Virus record (IMG/VR): IMGVR_UViG_3300035684_000001 | Coordinates: 124,554-188,553 of that record | Reading direction: 5' to 3' (one strand) | Length of the DNA: 64,000 bases | From: a virus | Part shown: one piece after another, positions 1 to 9,789 of the stretch | Numbering within the stretch: the stretch's first letter is position 1 | Layout: every line of letters starts with the position of its first letter | Program-made: the position numbers and the translations under genes | The notes under the pieces: model-generated | What the model saw: the letters and a program-made list of their open reading frames with translations, nothing else | The model's database searches: none | Told to the model about the DNA's origin: nothing

Positions 1-950
1 AATCTGTATCCAAAGGGAACAAGGCGGCTGCCGAGTTCTTCGCCTGAAAGATATTCCTCCCACAACAACTGGGCGATCGGGTCTGCATCGCCCGATTTTA
101 GTTCGCGGATTGTAGCCTTGGTATACCCCTCCGGGGAATTAATGTTGATGCACTGCTGAGCGTATATCAGTAGCTTGTAGAAAAAATCCTGTTGTTGAGT
201 CTGGTTGACCGAACTGAGCTTTGCGGAACTTTCGTCCAATGCTTGAACTTCAGTTGTAACGACAAGCTCTGGTTTATTTTTAACCGTGTCAAAAATCTTT
301 TCGGCATTTGTCTTTGTCGTTAGTCGATCCTCTTGGTCAATTATATTTTCAAAGTCTTCCCCACCCCCTTTTTTGTTTATTGCTGGCTTCGGTTTTACCG
401 ATCGCCCTACTGGAGTGGGTTTGTTTTGATAAAGTCTTTCTGAATAGGTATTTTGATATGATTTGTCACCATTCGACAAATCGAGGTGATCAGATTTGAC
501 AGATCGATGTGTTCTGTTTTGACAAATGCAGAGCGGCGCACGTTTCAGTAGCTCAGCTAGCTTGGTGTAATTTACCGTGTAATATTTACACTGATCCCAG
601 AATTGGGCTCGAAGTTTTTCGGAAATGATGAGCCCAGTTTCTTCGAGATAATTAAAGATTCTGCGGAGCTTGGCAAAAGTAGCCCAAGTAAAATTCGACA
701 GCCAATCTATCAGCTTCCCGTGTTCCCGACTTTTTTCTAGTTTGCGCTGGCTCGTGCAGGCGATCGGATTGCGGATGTACTTTGCGCCGTCGGGGGCGAT
801 CGTCCCTGCCATATCTGGGTTTTCGACGCACCACTGAATTTTAGAAAAGACTGTTGCGGCCTCTACGCCTACTATCTCAGCCACGTCTGGCGAGAAGAAG
901 GAAAGTTTTTCTGTTTCTCGAACGACGTTTTGCGAATTATGTGATATCAT
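1..950 (-). CDS. Replication-initiator-like (wHTH) protein, paralog of 59948..61333; 3' end runs off the window
   Basis: Manual translation from ATG at 950 is open to the window edge, which is why the ORF track misses it. It reads MISHNSQ...LSFFSPDVAEIVGVEAATVFSKIQWCVENPDMAGTIAPDG...WDQCKYYTVNYTKLAELL...SPEGY...LLWEEYLSGEELGSRLVP and is collinear with the 59948 protein. Confidence 0.75.
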   Translation of the reverse strand, partial: MISHNSQNVVRETEKLSFFSPDVAEIVGVEAATVFSKIQWCVENPDMAGTIAPDGAKYIRNPIACTSQRKLEKSREHGKLIDWLSNFTWATFAKLRRIFNYLEETGLIISEKLRAQFWDQCKYYTVNYTKLAELLKRAPLCICQNRTHRSVKSDHLDLSNGDKSYQNTYSERLYQNKPTPVGRSVKPKPAINKKGGGEDFENIIDQEDRLTTKTNAEKIFDTVKNKPELVVTTEVQALDESSAKLSSVNQTQQQDFFYKLLIYAQQCININSPEGYTKATIRELKSGDADPIAQLLWEEYLSGEELGSRLVPFGYR

Positions 951-1362
951 GGTGGTTATACACAAAATTTTATCTTCAAGGAAGTACGACTGTCCAGGTC
1001 GCGCTTCCTATTTTTTTGAGTATAATCGATGATCGCCATTTGCGCTAGCCTTGGACGCAAAAAAACAATAACCCGCGATAACTTTCGATTAAGGGCGGGC
1101 GATCGCGTACAATTACTTTTAACACTATATTTTATTGCAATTTTGTGAGCGATAAATTAAAACTGCTTTGTGGTACAAACGAAGTTACTGAAAATAACCA
1201 TAGATAATTAACGCTGTTTTGCTAAAGTGCTGGTGATCGGTGAGACAAACTTCTCTACCGGGCAATCACAATTTTCCACAATCTTTACCCCATCGCCCGC
1301 GTGATAAGAGCTTAGGCTTTTTGTTGCGGTTGTTTGAACGGTGGAGTGATCAATGGTAATAT

Positions 1363-1608
1363 TTAATCATTTACAACAAGGGAGGGATCGTCCGGAGGTA
1401 TCCAAACGCCATTTGCGTCAAATAAGCAATCCACCGCTTGAGCTAAGTATGGGTTGATCGCCCGATCTTTCTCGCCGGCACCGATATCCCAAACTCCAGT
1501 CCGATCGCCCCTTTCAAGCAAAGGCTCAAGACCTATCATTTCTCGCGCTTGGTTTACGGTTATTACACGATAGAAACAAAGTGCTTCTGCTGTTGCGCGA
1601 TTGCTCAT
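1363..1608 (-). CDS. Small protein containing a portal C-terminal-like motif
   Basis: VITVNQAREMIGLEPLLERGD resembles IITKNESRRRVGEKPLSEEGGD in the portal (25488..26915). Confidence 0.5.
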   Translation of the reverse strand: MSNRATAEALCFYRVITVNQAREMIGLEPLLERGDRTGVWDIGAGEKDRAINPYLAQAVDCLFDANGVWIPPDDPSLVVND

Positions 1609-1901
1609 GTTTTTAAAATTGAATTAATGTAACGGTAAGTTACAGCTATAATAGCAAAAACGTCTGAATACGCCTTTTGTAACATAAATTGCTAATTATG
1701 TCAAATATTCCTTTGCTTATTACTGAAAAGTGGCGATCCAGCTCACTTTCATTGCGAATACCAGAACGTCAATTGTCTGTTGTTGTGAAATTTGACGATA
1801 ATAAAGAATGTGTATATTTCTGTAAAGATGAGTACGTTGCTTTCTGACTAATCAAAAATGGTTATTGTGTTACAGCCCCTTGTTACCCTAAGAATTAGAA
1901 A

Positions 1902-2294
1902 ATGAAAATAGTAAGATTTCGATCGCCCGAGTCGCCTGAAACCGCACAACAGATGGCAAAAAAAGTTCAAGCACATTTGTACGACGTTATAAAAGAGGAA
2001 AATGAGCTGACATTTTCTAAATTTGATAAACAAGCTTTTGATTGCGTTATTGCTTTAGAAGGTCTTAACGAACAAGATTATTTTTTTGTTGACACTGAAC
2101 TTTCCTCTGCACTTTTTTCTGGTTTTACGCAACTTAATATTTGTATAGAGATAGTTATTCAATCGTCACAAAGTAATTCTAGTATGTCTGGTCATTTTTA
2201 CAATCATTTAGTTTGCAACTATTTTCAATGCTTGGGAGGTGCAAATGAATTTTTTTCGCAATCACTCCAAGGTTGGTTGGATTTATCAATTTAA
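1902..2294 (+). CDS. Hypothetical protein, AT-rich accessory gene
   Basis: 130-aa ORF with no recognised motif. Confidence 0.45.
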   Translation: MKIVRFRSPESPETAQQMAKKVQAHLYDVIKEENELTFSKFDKQAFDCVIALEGLNEQDYFFVDTELSSALFSGFTQLNICIEIVIQSSQSNSSMSGHFYNHLVCNYFQCLGGANEFFSQSLQGWLDLSI

Positions 2295-2503
2295 TTTTGA
2301 GAGAACTAATAACAAGCTCTACACTGACACTTTTAAATCCTATATTAAGCACAAATGAAATAACTGAATTTGTTTATATAACGGATTGTATTTACAATCC
2401 TACAATACACGTTTTAAGATTTAAAAGAAATGGAGAGCTGCAATTACATCAATTTTTCCCAACCAGGTTAACGATTAGTTTATTTGAGAATTTTACTGAG
2501 TAT

Positions 2504-2821
2504 TTATAACCGATCGCCCCTACTTTCGCCTCCATCATCTTCAACAGTTTGCTCAATATCTACCCGATCGATATGCCCTACTCGTGTCTGCTCTTGCCTT
2601 CTTTCTTTTGACTGGGGATTGTAAGTACCGCAAGCACCTGTTAATGCTGAACCTGCAACACCAAGGGCAATCGCAAATTTTTCGGAGGACAAGTTTGTTG
2701 CAGTAATAACGTAAATAGCAACCACCGCTCCAGAAGCCGTAAGCGCTAACGGTGTGAACGATCTAACTATTTCGGCGAGCGCGTAATAATGTTCGGGCGT
2801 GTTTTTCACTTTATTTACCAC
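2504..2821 (-). CDS. Small two-TM membrane protein, candidate holin
   Basis: Two hydrophobic segments (LALTASGAVVAIYVITAT; FAIALGVAGSALTGACG) followed by a charged C-terminal tail. Confidence 0.4.
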   Translation of the reverse strand: MVNKVKNTPEHYYALAEIVRSFTPLALTASGAVVAIYVITATNLSSEKFAIALGVAGSALTGACGTYNPQSKERRQEQTRVGHIDRVDIEQTVEDDGGESRGDRL

Positions 2822-2922
2822 TTGGTGTTTCTATCTAAACAAGAAAATAACAATACAGCCATTGTTAGACCCGTCAAACAAATTACTACTAAAACCTCAT
2901 ACCATTCCATATTAATATTCCT

Positions 2923-3321
2923 TTAATTTCCATCTGTTTTAACTAGACTATACTTGTACTGCAACACGACGCCGCGACTGTAAATTTCATCAACCAGTTC
3001 CATTTGATAATAAATGCTTCCTACCAGCAATCTAGAATTGGGCAAAACATCTTTATTCGTAAACCCCTCGATCGCCAGTATATAGGCAAAAATTTTTTCT
3101 GTCGTTACCCAGCCTGCGTCTGTTGGAATTCTTGACTGTTTCCGCTCGATATGACCCTGAACAGATCGCCTAGTAAATCCAACTTGTGCTTTTACCGCGT
3201 ATTCAGGATTTGCTGGTTCCACAATTCCTTTTTGACATAGAAACAGTGGAGTCCCCTGCTCTAGAGAACATTGTCTAAATGCCTCCATGTCAAACCAAGG
3301 CGAGTTCATGTCTAGAACCAT
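2923..3321 (-). CDS. Putative head-closure / head-tail adaptor protein
   Basis: Size and beta-rich composition fit; translationally coupled to the head-tail connector-like gene upstream. Confidence 0.4.
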   Translation of the reverse strand: MVLDMNSPWFDMEAFRQCSLEQGTPLFLCQKGIVEPANPEYAVKAQVGFTRRSVQGHIERKQSRIPTDAGWVTTEKIFAYILAIEGFTNKDVLPNSRLLVGSIYYQMELVDEIYSRGVVLQYKYSLVKTDGN

Positions 3322-3929
3322 AGTTTTTTCCGGTAGCGTTCCAGCGGCGACATCAAATCGTCGAGGTTGGTTGAGGATCGCTGGTTTTTGGCTTCTTTCC
3401 CCACCGCGAAAGTTTGAGAAATTCCGCCTTGCAGCCCAACGTTTATTAAATGGCGGGTGCGATCACCCAACACAACTCCTGCCATCAGTCGTCTTAATAT
3501 GTTGAACATAACTTGAGGGACGATCTTCGGCAAAGGGTCGTAACCAGCGGTATAAGTTACTTTATACCGCTGACCGACAGGCGAACAGCAAAATCCGCCT
3601 ACTTCAACGCTCTGACCGCCGCGCCATATAGCTTGAACTTCAATGTCTGGCTGCGGATGTCCCACAAGTGAGGGCAAAGTTGTGGTTATCCCTTTGATTT
3701 CGATTACGGGCGATCGGGAAATGCTCAGCATTCCTCGATAGTTAGCCGGCAAGACTTCCACGTACTCCTTGACCAGCAAAGATTGGTGAAGCCAGTTGTC
3801 CATTTCTTCCTGGGCGATCGTCAACCAGTTTTCCAGTTCCGGCAAATCTGGTAAAGTCTCTAGAGAACAAAGTCGAGCTGCCAGCAATCTACTTGAAGCT
3901 TCGTCAGGTGTAAGATAAAGTTTTCGCAC
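3312..3929 (-). CDS. Phage head-tail connector (gp6/gp15-like)
   Basis: N-terminal YLTPDEA and the YTAGYDPLP..V motif are typical of head-tail connectors. Confidence 0.6.
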   Translation of the reverse strand: MRKLYLTPDEASSRLLAARLCSLETLPDLPELENWLTIAQEEMDNWLHQSLLVKEYVEVLPANYRGMLSISRSPVIEIKGITTTLPSLVGHPQPDIEVQAIWRGGQSVEVGGFCCSPVGQRYKVTYTAGYDPLPKIVPQVMFNILRRLMAGVVLGDRTRHLINVGLQGGISQTFAVGKEAKNQRSSTNLDDLMSPLERYRKKLWF

Positions 3930-3984
3930 AACTTGATTCCAATCGTTTCTAGTGCTAGCATACGCTAAATACTAAAAATACTTC

Positions 3985-4142
3985 AACCTATGCAACGGGT
4001 CTAAAAGCCCCTTTTGTCGTTTAAGGCGATCTCAACCCATGTTGTCGCTGGCGATTCAGTAACTACCAGCTTTCAATCTAAACCCATGCAGGGGCTCCTA
4101 GGGCCCCTTTCGTCGTTTAAGGCGATCTCAACCCATGTTGTC
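3985..4142 (+). repeat. Tandem direct repeat (period 96 bp) in a divergent intergenic region
   Basis: GCCCCTTT(T/C)GTCGTTTAAGGCGATCTCAACCCATGTTGTC occurs at 4007-4046 and 4103-4142. Confidence 0.9.
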
Positions 4143-4488
4143 AAAAGTTCCTCATAATTTATCGCTAAGTGCTGATCAACTTGAAGTGCTATCCGAAATG
4201 GGTATTGCACCAACATCTGTCTACATTATCAAAGCTGAAACCCTCCACCAAACGGCAGTAAGAGTTGATGGCTACACCAACGGGCATTATGTTTTTTTTC
4301 TGGAAGGTGATGCCCGCGACCACGCCATGTTTTTGAAGTATCTGTACGGAGAAAGCTACAGCATTGTAATGCCTACGCGCTTCCGAAATATCACTATTTA
4401 CGGAAGTCCGACAGAGAAGTACGTTATCCCTGCAAATTTAGTCAATTTACAATCAGCGCCGATCAGCCCCATCAACTACAGCGCCTAA
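4135..4488 (+). CDS. Hypothetical phage protein, paralog of 4490..4807
   Basis: LSLSADQLEVLSEMGI and DGYTNGHYVFFLEG match LTLTADQKEILGQLGI and DAYTSGHYLIFVDG in the next gene. Confidence 0.65.
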   Translation: MLSKVPHNLSLSADQLEVLSEMGIAPTSVYIIKAETLHQTAVRVDGYTNGHYVFFLEGDARDHAMFLKYLYGESYSIVMPTRFRNITIYGSPTEKYVIPANLVNLQSAPISPINYSA

Positions 4489-4489
4489 T

Positions 4490-4807
4490 ATGCCTACAGC
4501 GACTCCAGCTTCTCTAACTCTCACCGCCGATCAAAAAGAAATTCTAGGTCAACTGGGAATCGACGTTACAAAGTTAAATTTTGTCAACAACACCGCTGTC
4601 GATCCCGGAATTCTTTGCGACGCTTATACATCGGGTCACTACCTGATTTTTGTAGACGGACTTCAAGAACAGCACGTCAATTTTTTCAAAAAAATGTACG
4701 CGACTCAGACAATTCCAGAACTTGCAATCAAGGTTCCAGGATTGTGGGTTTACGAAACTCCATCTGCCAAGTTCAACAAACCAGAAACTAAAGTAACTGT
4801 GAATTAG
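4490..4807 (+). CDS. Hypothetical phage protein, paralog of 4135..4488
   Basis: Tandem paralogy with 4135..4488. Confidence 0.65.
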   Translation: MPTATPASLTLTADQKEILGQLGIDVTKLNFVNNTAVDPGILCDAYTSGHYLIFVDGLQEQHVNFFKKMYATQTIPELAIKVPGLWVYETPSAKFNKPETKVTVN

Positions 4808-4880
4808 ACGCGATGCAAAATTCAATACTCACCCAAGCCGGGCTAACCAAATTAGTCCGGCTTTTTAAATTGGAGAAAAA

Positions 4881-5303
4881 ATGACACTCGTACAAGCTCA
4901 CCTCAGATTTGGTCGCGAACCCTTACAGATTCCATATCCCGAAGATTTTGAAGGGGATAAATACGACGGTGGAAATACAGACTTTGACGATGCTGAAATT
5001 TACATTTCTACTGAACCGAGATTTTTTACCCCTGACGAGATCGAAGTTGTTCAAGAGTACCTAAAAACCCTTCTTTATTCGCAAGAGTTGATTGAGACGG
5101 GCTGCATCATGATCGACGAAGACGATCCGCTCCTTGAATTCGATCACGACCAATTAGATGCTCTCGAACAAGATCAGTCGTTGCCTCAAACTCGCAAACC
5201 GATCGGCGGTGGAACTCGCCAGTTGTTCGAGCGGGTTTTGCTGATCAGGGAATACGGCTACAGAGGTACGGGGTTTAAAGGATTACCAGGAGCTAAAGAA
5301 TAA
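4881..5303 (+). CDS. Hypothetical protein upstream of the sheath
   Basis: Acidic 140-aa ORF whose stop overlaps the sheath start (TAATG). Confidence 0.6.
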   Translation: MTLVQAHLRFGREPLQIPYPEDFEGDKYDGGNTDFDDAEIYISTEPRFFTPDEIEVVQEYLKTLLYSQELIETGCIMIDEDDPLLEFDHDQLDALEQDQSLPQTRKPIGGGTRQLFERVLLIREYGYRGTGFKGLPGAKE

Positions 5304-8300
5304 TGCCCAGCGCTTTGCAACAATCAATCAAAATTTACGGACCCCCAGAAGGCGCACCCGGTGTGTCTGTAATCGAGCAGCGGTCAGTAAGTATGCTCGG
5401 CGATCCTCAATTTGGCGCGATCGCCCTTTGGGGAAATTTGCGTCGGGGTCCAGTCGGTTTGCCCGTAGCTATTTCATCGAAAAAGCAGTACCTAGAACTG
5501 TTCGGCGATCCCAAAAACCCGGCGTGGCACTTGTACGAAAACAGCGCCCACCTTTGCCCGGATGCAATTGACGGTTTTTTTGCAACTTCAAGGGGTAAAG
5601 GAATTCTATTCCTGTCGCGCCTCGAAATAGATAATGCTAGACCGGCCGAAATAATTATCAAGAACCGTCAAGGTGCGGACGCACTCAGAATCACCGCCGC
5701 CAACCCAGGTCGCTGGGGCGGATACAGAAATGAAATTCCGATTTCTACCGTTGTCGTGGCTACTTCACGGACGTTTACGCTCGTCGCACCTTCGGTAAAA
5801 TCCAATGAATTCATTGGAGCTAAGGTTCGTTTTACGTCCAACTCCGGCAAAACCTACGAAATAGTTGCAAACACGGCAGCAACAGATTCTGGTGAAGTAG
5901 TCTTCACAGTAGGAGCTCAGTACGATCTTGTAGCTGATGGAATTTCGGGTCCAATTTCCATCGACGGAACAGCCAGTTACGCAACAACGAGATCGCTCTC
6001 CGGTACAATTTCTTTTCCGCTTTTGGTTAATTTATCGGGTCAGTGTACGGCTAACCTGACTACAATTACTGGATTCTCAACCTTGTTTGTTTCCGAGTTG
6101 AAAGTAGGTGCAAACATCTATTTAAACGGCGAAGCGAGAAGGATCGAAAGCATTACTTCAGACACTACTTTAACTATCTCAGAACCCTTTAGCAGCGATG
6201 GTCGAGATTTAGTAATGCAGCGCGACAATCTCGTTGTAACAGGAGTAGGTACGGAATTTGTTTCGGAATTAAAACCAGGAGATTCAATTTATTACTCACA
6301 CGATGGCGAAGAATATAGCAGAGAAATTGCTGCGATCGCCTCTGCAACTTCTTTGACCCTTGTATCGGGTTTTGATTTTCCAATTTTAGCTGGCTCATCT
6401 GCTTACGCAGACAATCTGTGGGTGACAGGACAAAACTCGGAATACGAAATTGATATCAAGACTGGCGATGCAATTATCGATCCAAATCGCCGGGGCGAAG
6501 CTGCTACTGTAGTTGAAATTGATGCAGCCAATCAGAGGTTTAAGGTATTCCCCCGTTTTTCTTCAAGCTTTACCGACGCCCAATTGACGAAACAGTCTCA
6601 AAAAGTGCAGGTCAAGCTGGAACAACCAGAAAACGTTGGGCTGGCAATCGAAATTGGACAAGGAACTAAATATCCCGAAACTCATTTTTCATTGAAATGT
6701 TATTTCAATGGAACTTTGATGATTTCGGTTCCAGATGCTTCTCTAGAGAGGGAAGATCCTTATTTTGTCGAGACTATCGTCAATGACGGCAATATCGGCT
6801 ACCGCACCTCCGGACAAAATTATCAAACGTGGATTGTGGTTGAGTCGTTGTGGAGTTCGACTTACACGACGGGAATACAGTCTGACGTTCGCCCCTGCAA
6901 CGGTACTGGCCAAGTTTTGGAGTTGGCAGCTCAAAAACTTTATACAGTCGGTCAATTTGATTACAACGCGGTCATCGGTCGCCTGTTTGCCCCAAATCCT
7001 TACAAATATTCCCGCAACGCGCTGAGAATAAAAAATGCCAGCGCTCCTTTGACCTTAGAAGGAACGATAAGTTCCAGCGGCGTAGATGTTAGGGGTACGG
7101 GAACAATTTTCCGCAAGCAGTTGAAGCGCGGCGATTACCTTTACGATCCGGCATCGGGAACCGTTCGCAAAATTAGGTTGATTCCGAGCGACACCGAATT
7201 AATTCTTGAAACCATGTTTCTAAAGAATGTTCGGTCAGGGACAAAAGCACTGCGCTCTGGATATCTGCTTGTAGATCAAGGTAACGATCTTACGAACTAC
7301 TGTAAAGTTGGTGATCGGTTTTTGGTGTCTTACCCTGAATATTTAAAATTTGGGTATGATGGCGACACGGCTCGTTTAACTTCCTACAACTTTACCAAAT
7401 ATTTCGATCTTGATCGCAACTATTTAGTAACAGCAGTTTTTGGGAGAAATGTTGGACTCGTAAGAATGGCTGTTCCCGGTGTTTCCGACATATCAACTCA
7501 AAAAGCTGGCATTGAGTATGCGTATCAAAACGCTTTTGAGTATCGAGCAGAAATACCTTCCAATATCAACAATTCAGCAGTAGCGGAAGTTTTTATCGAG
7601 CAAGATTTGGAGCGCAACAATTATATGTCTGTTGCGTTTCCTTCTTATGGATATGTTTCCAACCCGAGGGGAACTGGCGATCGGTTTGTTTCACTTTCGG
7701 GCGACATTATGGGACTAGAAAGTGCCAAAGCAAGTTTAGCAGAAGGCTATCACCATCCCGCTGCTGGGCTTGACGCTCGTTTGTCAAGAGTAACAAAACT
7801 ACCGTTTACGCCCACTCCCAGCGATGAAGCAATTTTGAATTTAGTCGGCATTCAACCGATTAAAGTTTATGCCGGCAAAGTTATTGTTTGGGGTGCTAGG
7901 TGTCCGTCTGTTGACGATATTTATACCTTTCTCCATGTCAGGCGAATTCAGTCGAATTACCTGCGAGTGTTTATGGAAGCTAGAAGCTTCTTGCAAACAC
8001 TGTTTCAGCCAAATCAACCTGAATTAGCGCAGCAAATTGTACTAATTCTCGAAAGTTTTGCGCGACGGGAATACCAGAAAGGAGTTTACACTCGATATCT
8101 TTCTTTCGATCAAGCCGTAAGAATTGATTCTTCCGGTGGGGAGTCTGGCGATTTTGACGTAGTAGTTTCAATTCTCAATGGAGAATTGAATATTTATTAC
8201 GGGTACATTCCAACAGGTGTATTAGAAAGGTTGCAAATTTTTGTAGCCCCAGAAACAATTGTTTCTCGCGTTGGAAATAGCAGTGTAAATGCTAACTTTC

Positions 8301-8305
8301 TATAG
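5303..8305 (+). CDS. Contractile tail sheath protein (1000 aa) with inserted repeat domains
   Basis: N-terminal PGVSVIE...GPVGLPVAISSKKQYLELFGDP. C-terminal sheath fold motifs GYHHPAAG, LNLVGIQPIK...VWGAR, LHVRRI and FQPN. Confidence 0.9.
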   Translation: MPSALQQSIKIYGPPEGAPGVSVIEQRSVSMLGDPQFGAIALWGNLRRGPVGLPVAISSKKQYLELFGDPKNPAWHLYENSAHLCPDAIDGFFATSRGKGILFLSRLEIDNARPAEIIIKNRQGADALRITAANPGRWGGYRNEIPISTVVVATSRTFTLVAPSVKSNEFIGAKVRFTSNSGKTYEIVANTAATDSGEVVFTVGAQYDLVADGISGPISIDGTASYATTRSLSGTISFPLLVNLSGQCTANLTTITGFSTLFVSELKVGANIYLNGEARRIESITSDTTLTISEPFSSDGRDLVMQRDNLVVTGVGTEFVSELKPGDSIYYSHDGEEYSREIAAIASATSLTLVSGFDFPILAGSSAYADNLWVTGQNSEYEIDIKTGDAIIDPNRRGEAATVVEIDAANQRFKVFPRFSSSFTDAQLTKQSQKVQVKLEQPENVGLAIEIGQGTKYPETHFSLKCYFNGTLMISVPDASLEREDPYFVETIVNDGNIGYRTSGQNYQTWIVVESLWSSTYTTGIQSDVRPCNGTGQVLELAAQKLYTVGQFDYNAVIGRLFAPNPYKYSRNALRIKNASAPLTLEGTISSSGVDVRGTGTIFRKQLKRGDYLYDPASGTVRKIRLIPSDTELILETMFLKNVRSGTKALRSGYLLVDQGNDLTNYCKVGDRFLVSYPEYLKFGYDGDTARLTSYNFTKYFDLDRNYLVTAVFGRNVGLVRMAVPGVSDISTQKAGIEYAYQNAFEYRAEIPSNINNSAVAEVFIEQDLERNNYMSVAFPSYGYVSNPRGTGDRFVSLSGDIMGLESAKASLAEGYHHPAAGLDARLSRVTKLPFTPTPSDEAILNLVGIQPIKVYAGKVIVWGARCPSVDDIYTFLHVRRIQSNYLRVFMEARSFLQTLFQPNQPELAQQIVLILESFARREYQKGVYTRYLSFDQAVRIDSSGGESGDFDVVVSILNGELNIYYGYIPTGVLERLQIFVAPETIVSRVGNSSVNANFL

Positions 8306-8332
8306 TTTTTTCATTCTTGAGACTTTTTTACA

Positions 8333-8899
8333 ATGCGTAAAGCAACATTATCTCCAAATCCGATTCCGCAAAACAAACAGCGATTTATTGTTGAAGGATT
8401 GCCAGAATGCGACCGAATTATTACTAGAGATGCAATCAATCTTGAGATTACAACTGCCGATCGCCCGGATAAAACTAAGGTTCCAATTGGTCGAGTCAAT
8501 CCCGGTGATTTTGGCATCACTTTAGACTTTGCTGACGACAAAGCCAGAAATGAATATTTGGGATGGTTTGAAATGTGCATCGATCGAGGTTCTGCTTTGC
8601 GAGCTACTAACGCTCGCACTAGGGAATTGATTGGAGCTGGTGGCGATGTTGCATCTAGAACTTACGGGGGGGTTCCGGGTATCGATCCTAAATACAAAAA
8701 ATTGGCGTCAATTATTTATCAAAGATTGTACATACAAGAACCGCCAATTGTTTGTAAATTAATTGGCGTATTTCCGTCGTCATGCGAATTTCCGGATTAC
8801 GATATGGACGGCGAAGATTTGTGTACTCTGTCTATGACGCTTTCTTACGACGACGTTGAACCGATTGGCGATTTCAGAGCGTTTGGAAACAGTTTTTAA
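8333..8899 (+). CDS. Tail tube protein
   Basis: Directly follows the sheath. 188 aa with LIGVFPSSCEFPDYD and LSMTLSYDDVE, a T4 gp19-like pattern. Confidence 0.75.
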   Translation: MRKATLSPNPIPQNKQRFIVEGLPECDRIITRDAINLEITTADRPDKTKVPIGRVNPGDFGITLDFADDKARNEYLGWFEMCIDRGSALRATNARTRELIGAGGDVASRTYGGVPGIDPKYKKLASIIYQRLYIQEPPIVCKLIGVFPSSCEFPDYDMDGEDLCTLSMTLSYDDVEPIGDFRAFGNSF

Positions 8900-8900
8900 T

Positions 8901-9722
8901 ATGGTACTTAAAACTCCTCGCATTGTATCGATCGCCCCTTGGTTGGCGCTGCCAAATCAAAAAATCGTAATTAACGGTAGCGGATTTACAAAGGATGTTG
9001 CCGTTAAACTAGGAGAATCTGTAAGTTTAACGGTAACATTCCACAGTCCGACTCAAATTTCGGCGATTGTCCCGGTCGTCTCTCCGGGAAGTTATTTTAT
9101 TGTTGTTGATCGCGCCGGGGTAAAATCTAATGCGGTACGGGTGGCGATCGACAACAACTCTGCAATTACTCCACCGCCCCCGCCAATAAAACCGCAACCT
9201 TCTCCTGAGATTGAGATTGTTTGCGTCGATTATCCTGTTGTTGGGGCGATCGCCACCATTAAAGGCTCTGGATTTACGCCAGCAACATCTGTATTTTTTG
9301 GCGATGTGTCGGCGACAGACGTTGCTGTAGTTGATTCCGGCAAGATTCGGGTCAAAATTCCCGTCGTTGAACCGGGGAACCTCACTCTAAAGGTTAAAAC
9401 AGTTGCAGGCGAAGATTCAGAGTCGTTCCAAGTTTTGCATCCCATCCCGAACCCTACTTTTAGGACTGTGGACGACGAATTTGAGTATTGGAATATGGCA
9501 ACAAATACTTGGACTCGCTGGGAATCTAAAACTCCAGAATCTACACCTCAAGATGTTTTAATGGCGATGGTCGGTAATTTGAGTGCAATGGCGATCGCTC
9601 AGTCGAAGCAAATATCAGAACTTGAAAATCGGGTGTCGGTACTGGATTCGGTACAGTTAAATTTGGATCTGGCGATCGCTATTCTCAAAGCACAGGGAAA
9701 TAGCTTGAGCTTGATTGTGTAG
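8901..9722 (+). CDS. IPT/TIG-domain virion protein with C-terminal coiled coil
   Basis: Two TIG repeats (IVINGSGFT...ISAIVP; ATIKGSGFTPATSVFFG...IRVKIP) joined by a Pro-rich linker. Start is likely ATG 8901. Confidence 0.75.
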   Translation: MVLKTPRIVSIAPWLALPNQKIVINGSGFTKDVAVKLGESVSLTVTFHSPTQISAIVPVVSPGSYFIVVDRAGVKSNAVRVAIDNNSAITPPPPPIKPQPSPEIEIVCVDYPVVGAIATIKGSGFTPATSVFFGDVSATDVAVVDSGKIRVKIPVVEPGNLTLKVKTVAGEDSESFQVLHPIPNPTFRTVDDEFEYWNMATNTWTRWESKTPESTPQDVLMAMVGNLSAMAIAQSKQISELENRVSVLDSVQLNLDLAIAILKAQGNSLSLIV

Positions 9723-9736
9723 GCAAATTTAAACAG

Positions 9737-9778
9737 CAAAAAGCCCGCACCCTGTTAGTTTAGGGCGCGGGCTTTTTG
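9737..9778. terminator. Symmetric bidirectional hairpin
   Basis: CAAAAAGCCCGC...GCGGGCTTTTTG. Confidence 0.8.
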
Positions 9779-9789
9779 TTTTTTATTTC

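Noticed and set aside
652-834. ORF-track 60-aa ORF and similar short antisense or overlapping ORFs (e.g. 5407..5661, 12197..12541, 60649..61035)
   Set aside because: They are shadows of longer, motif-bearing genes in another frame or strand.
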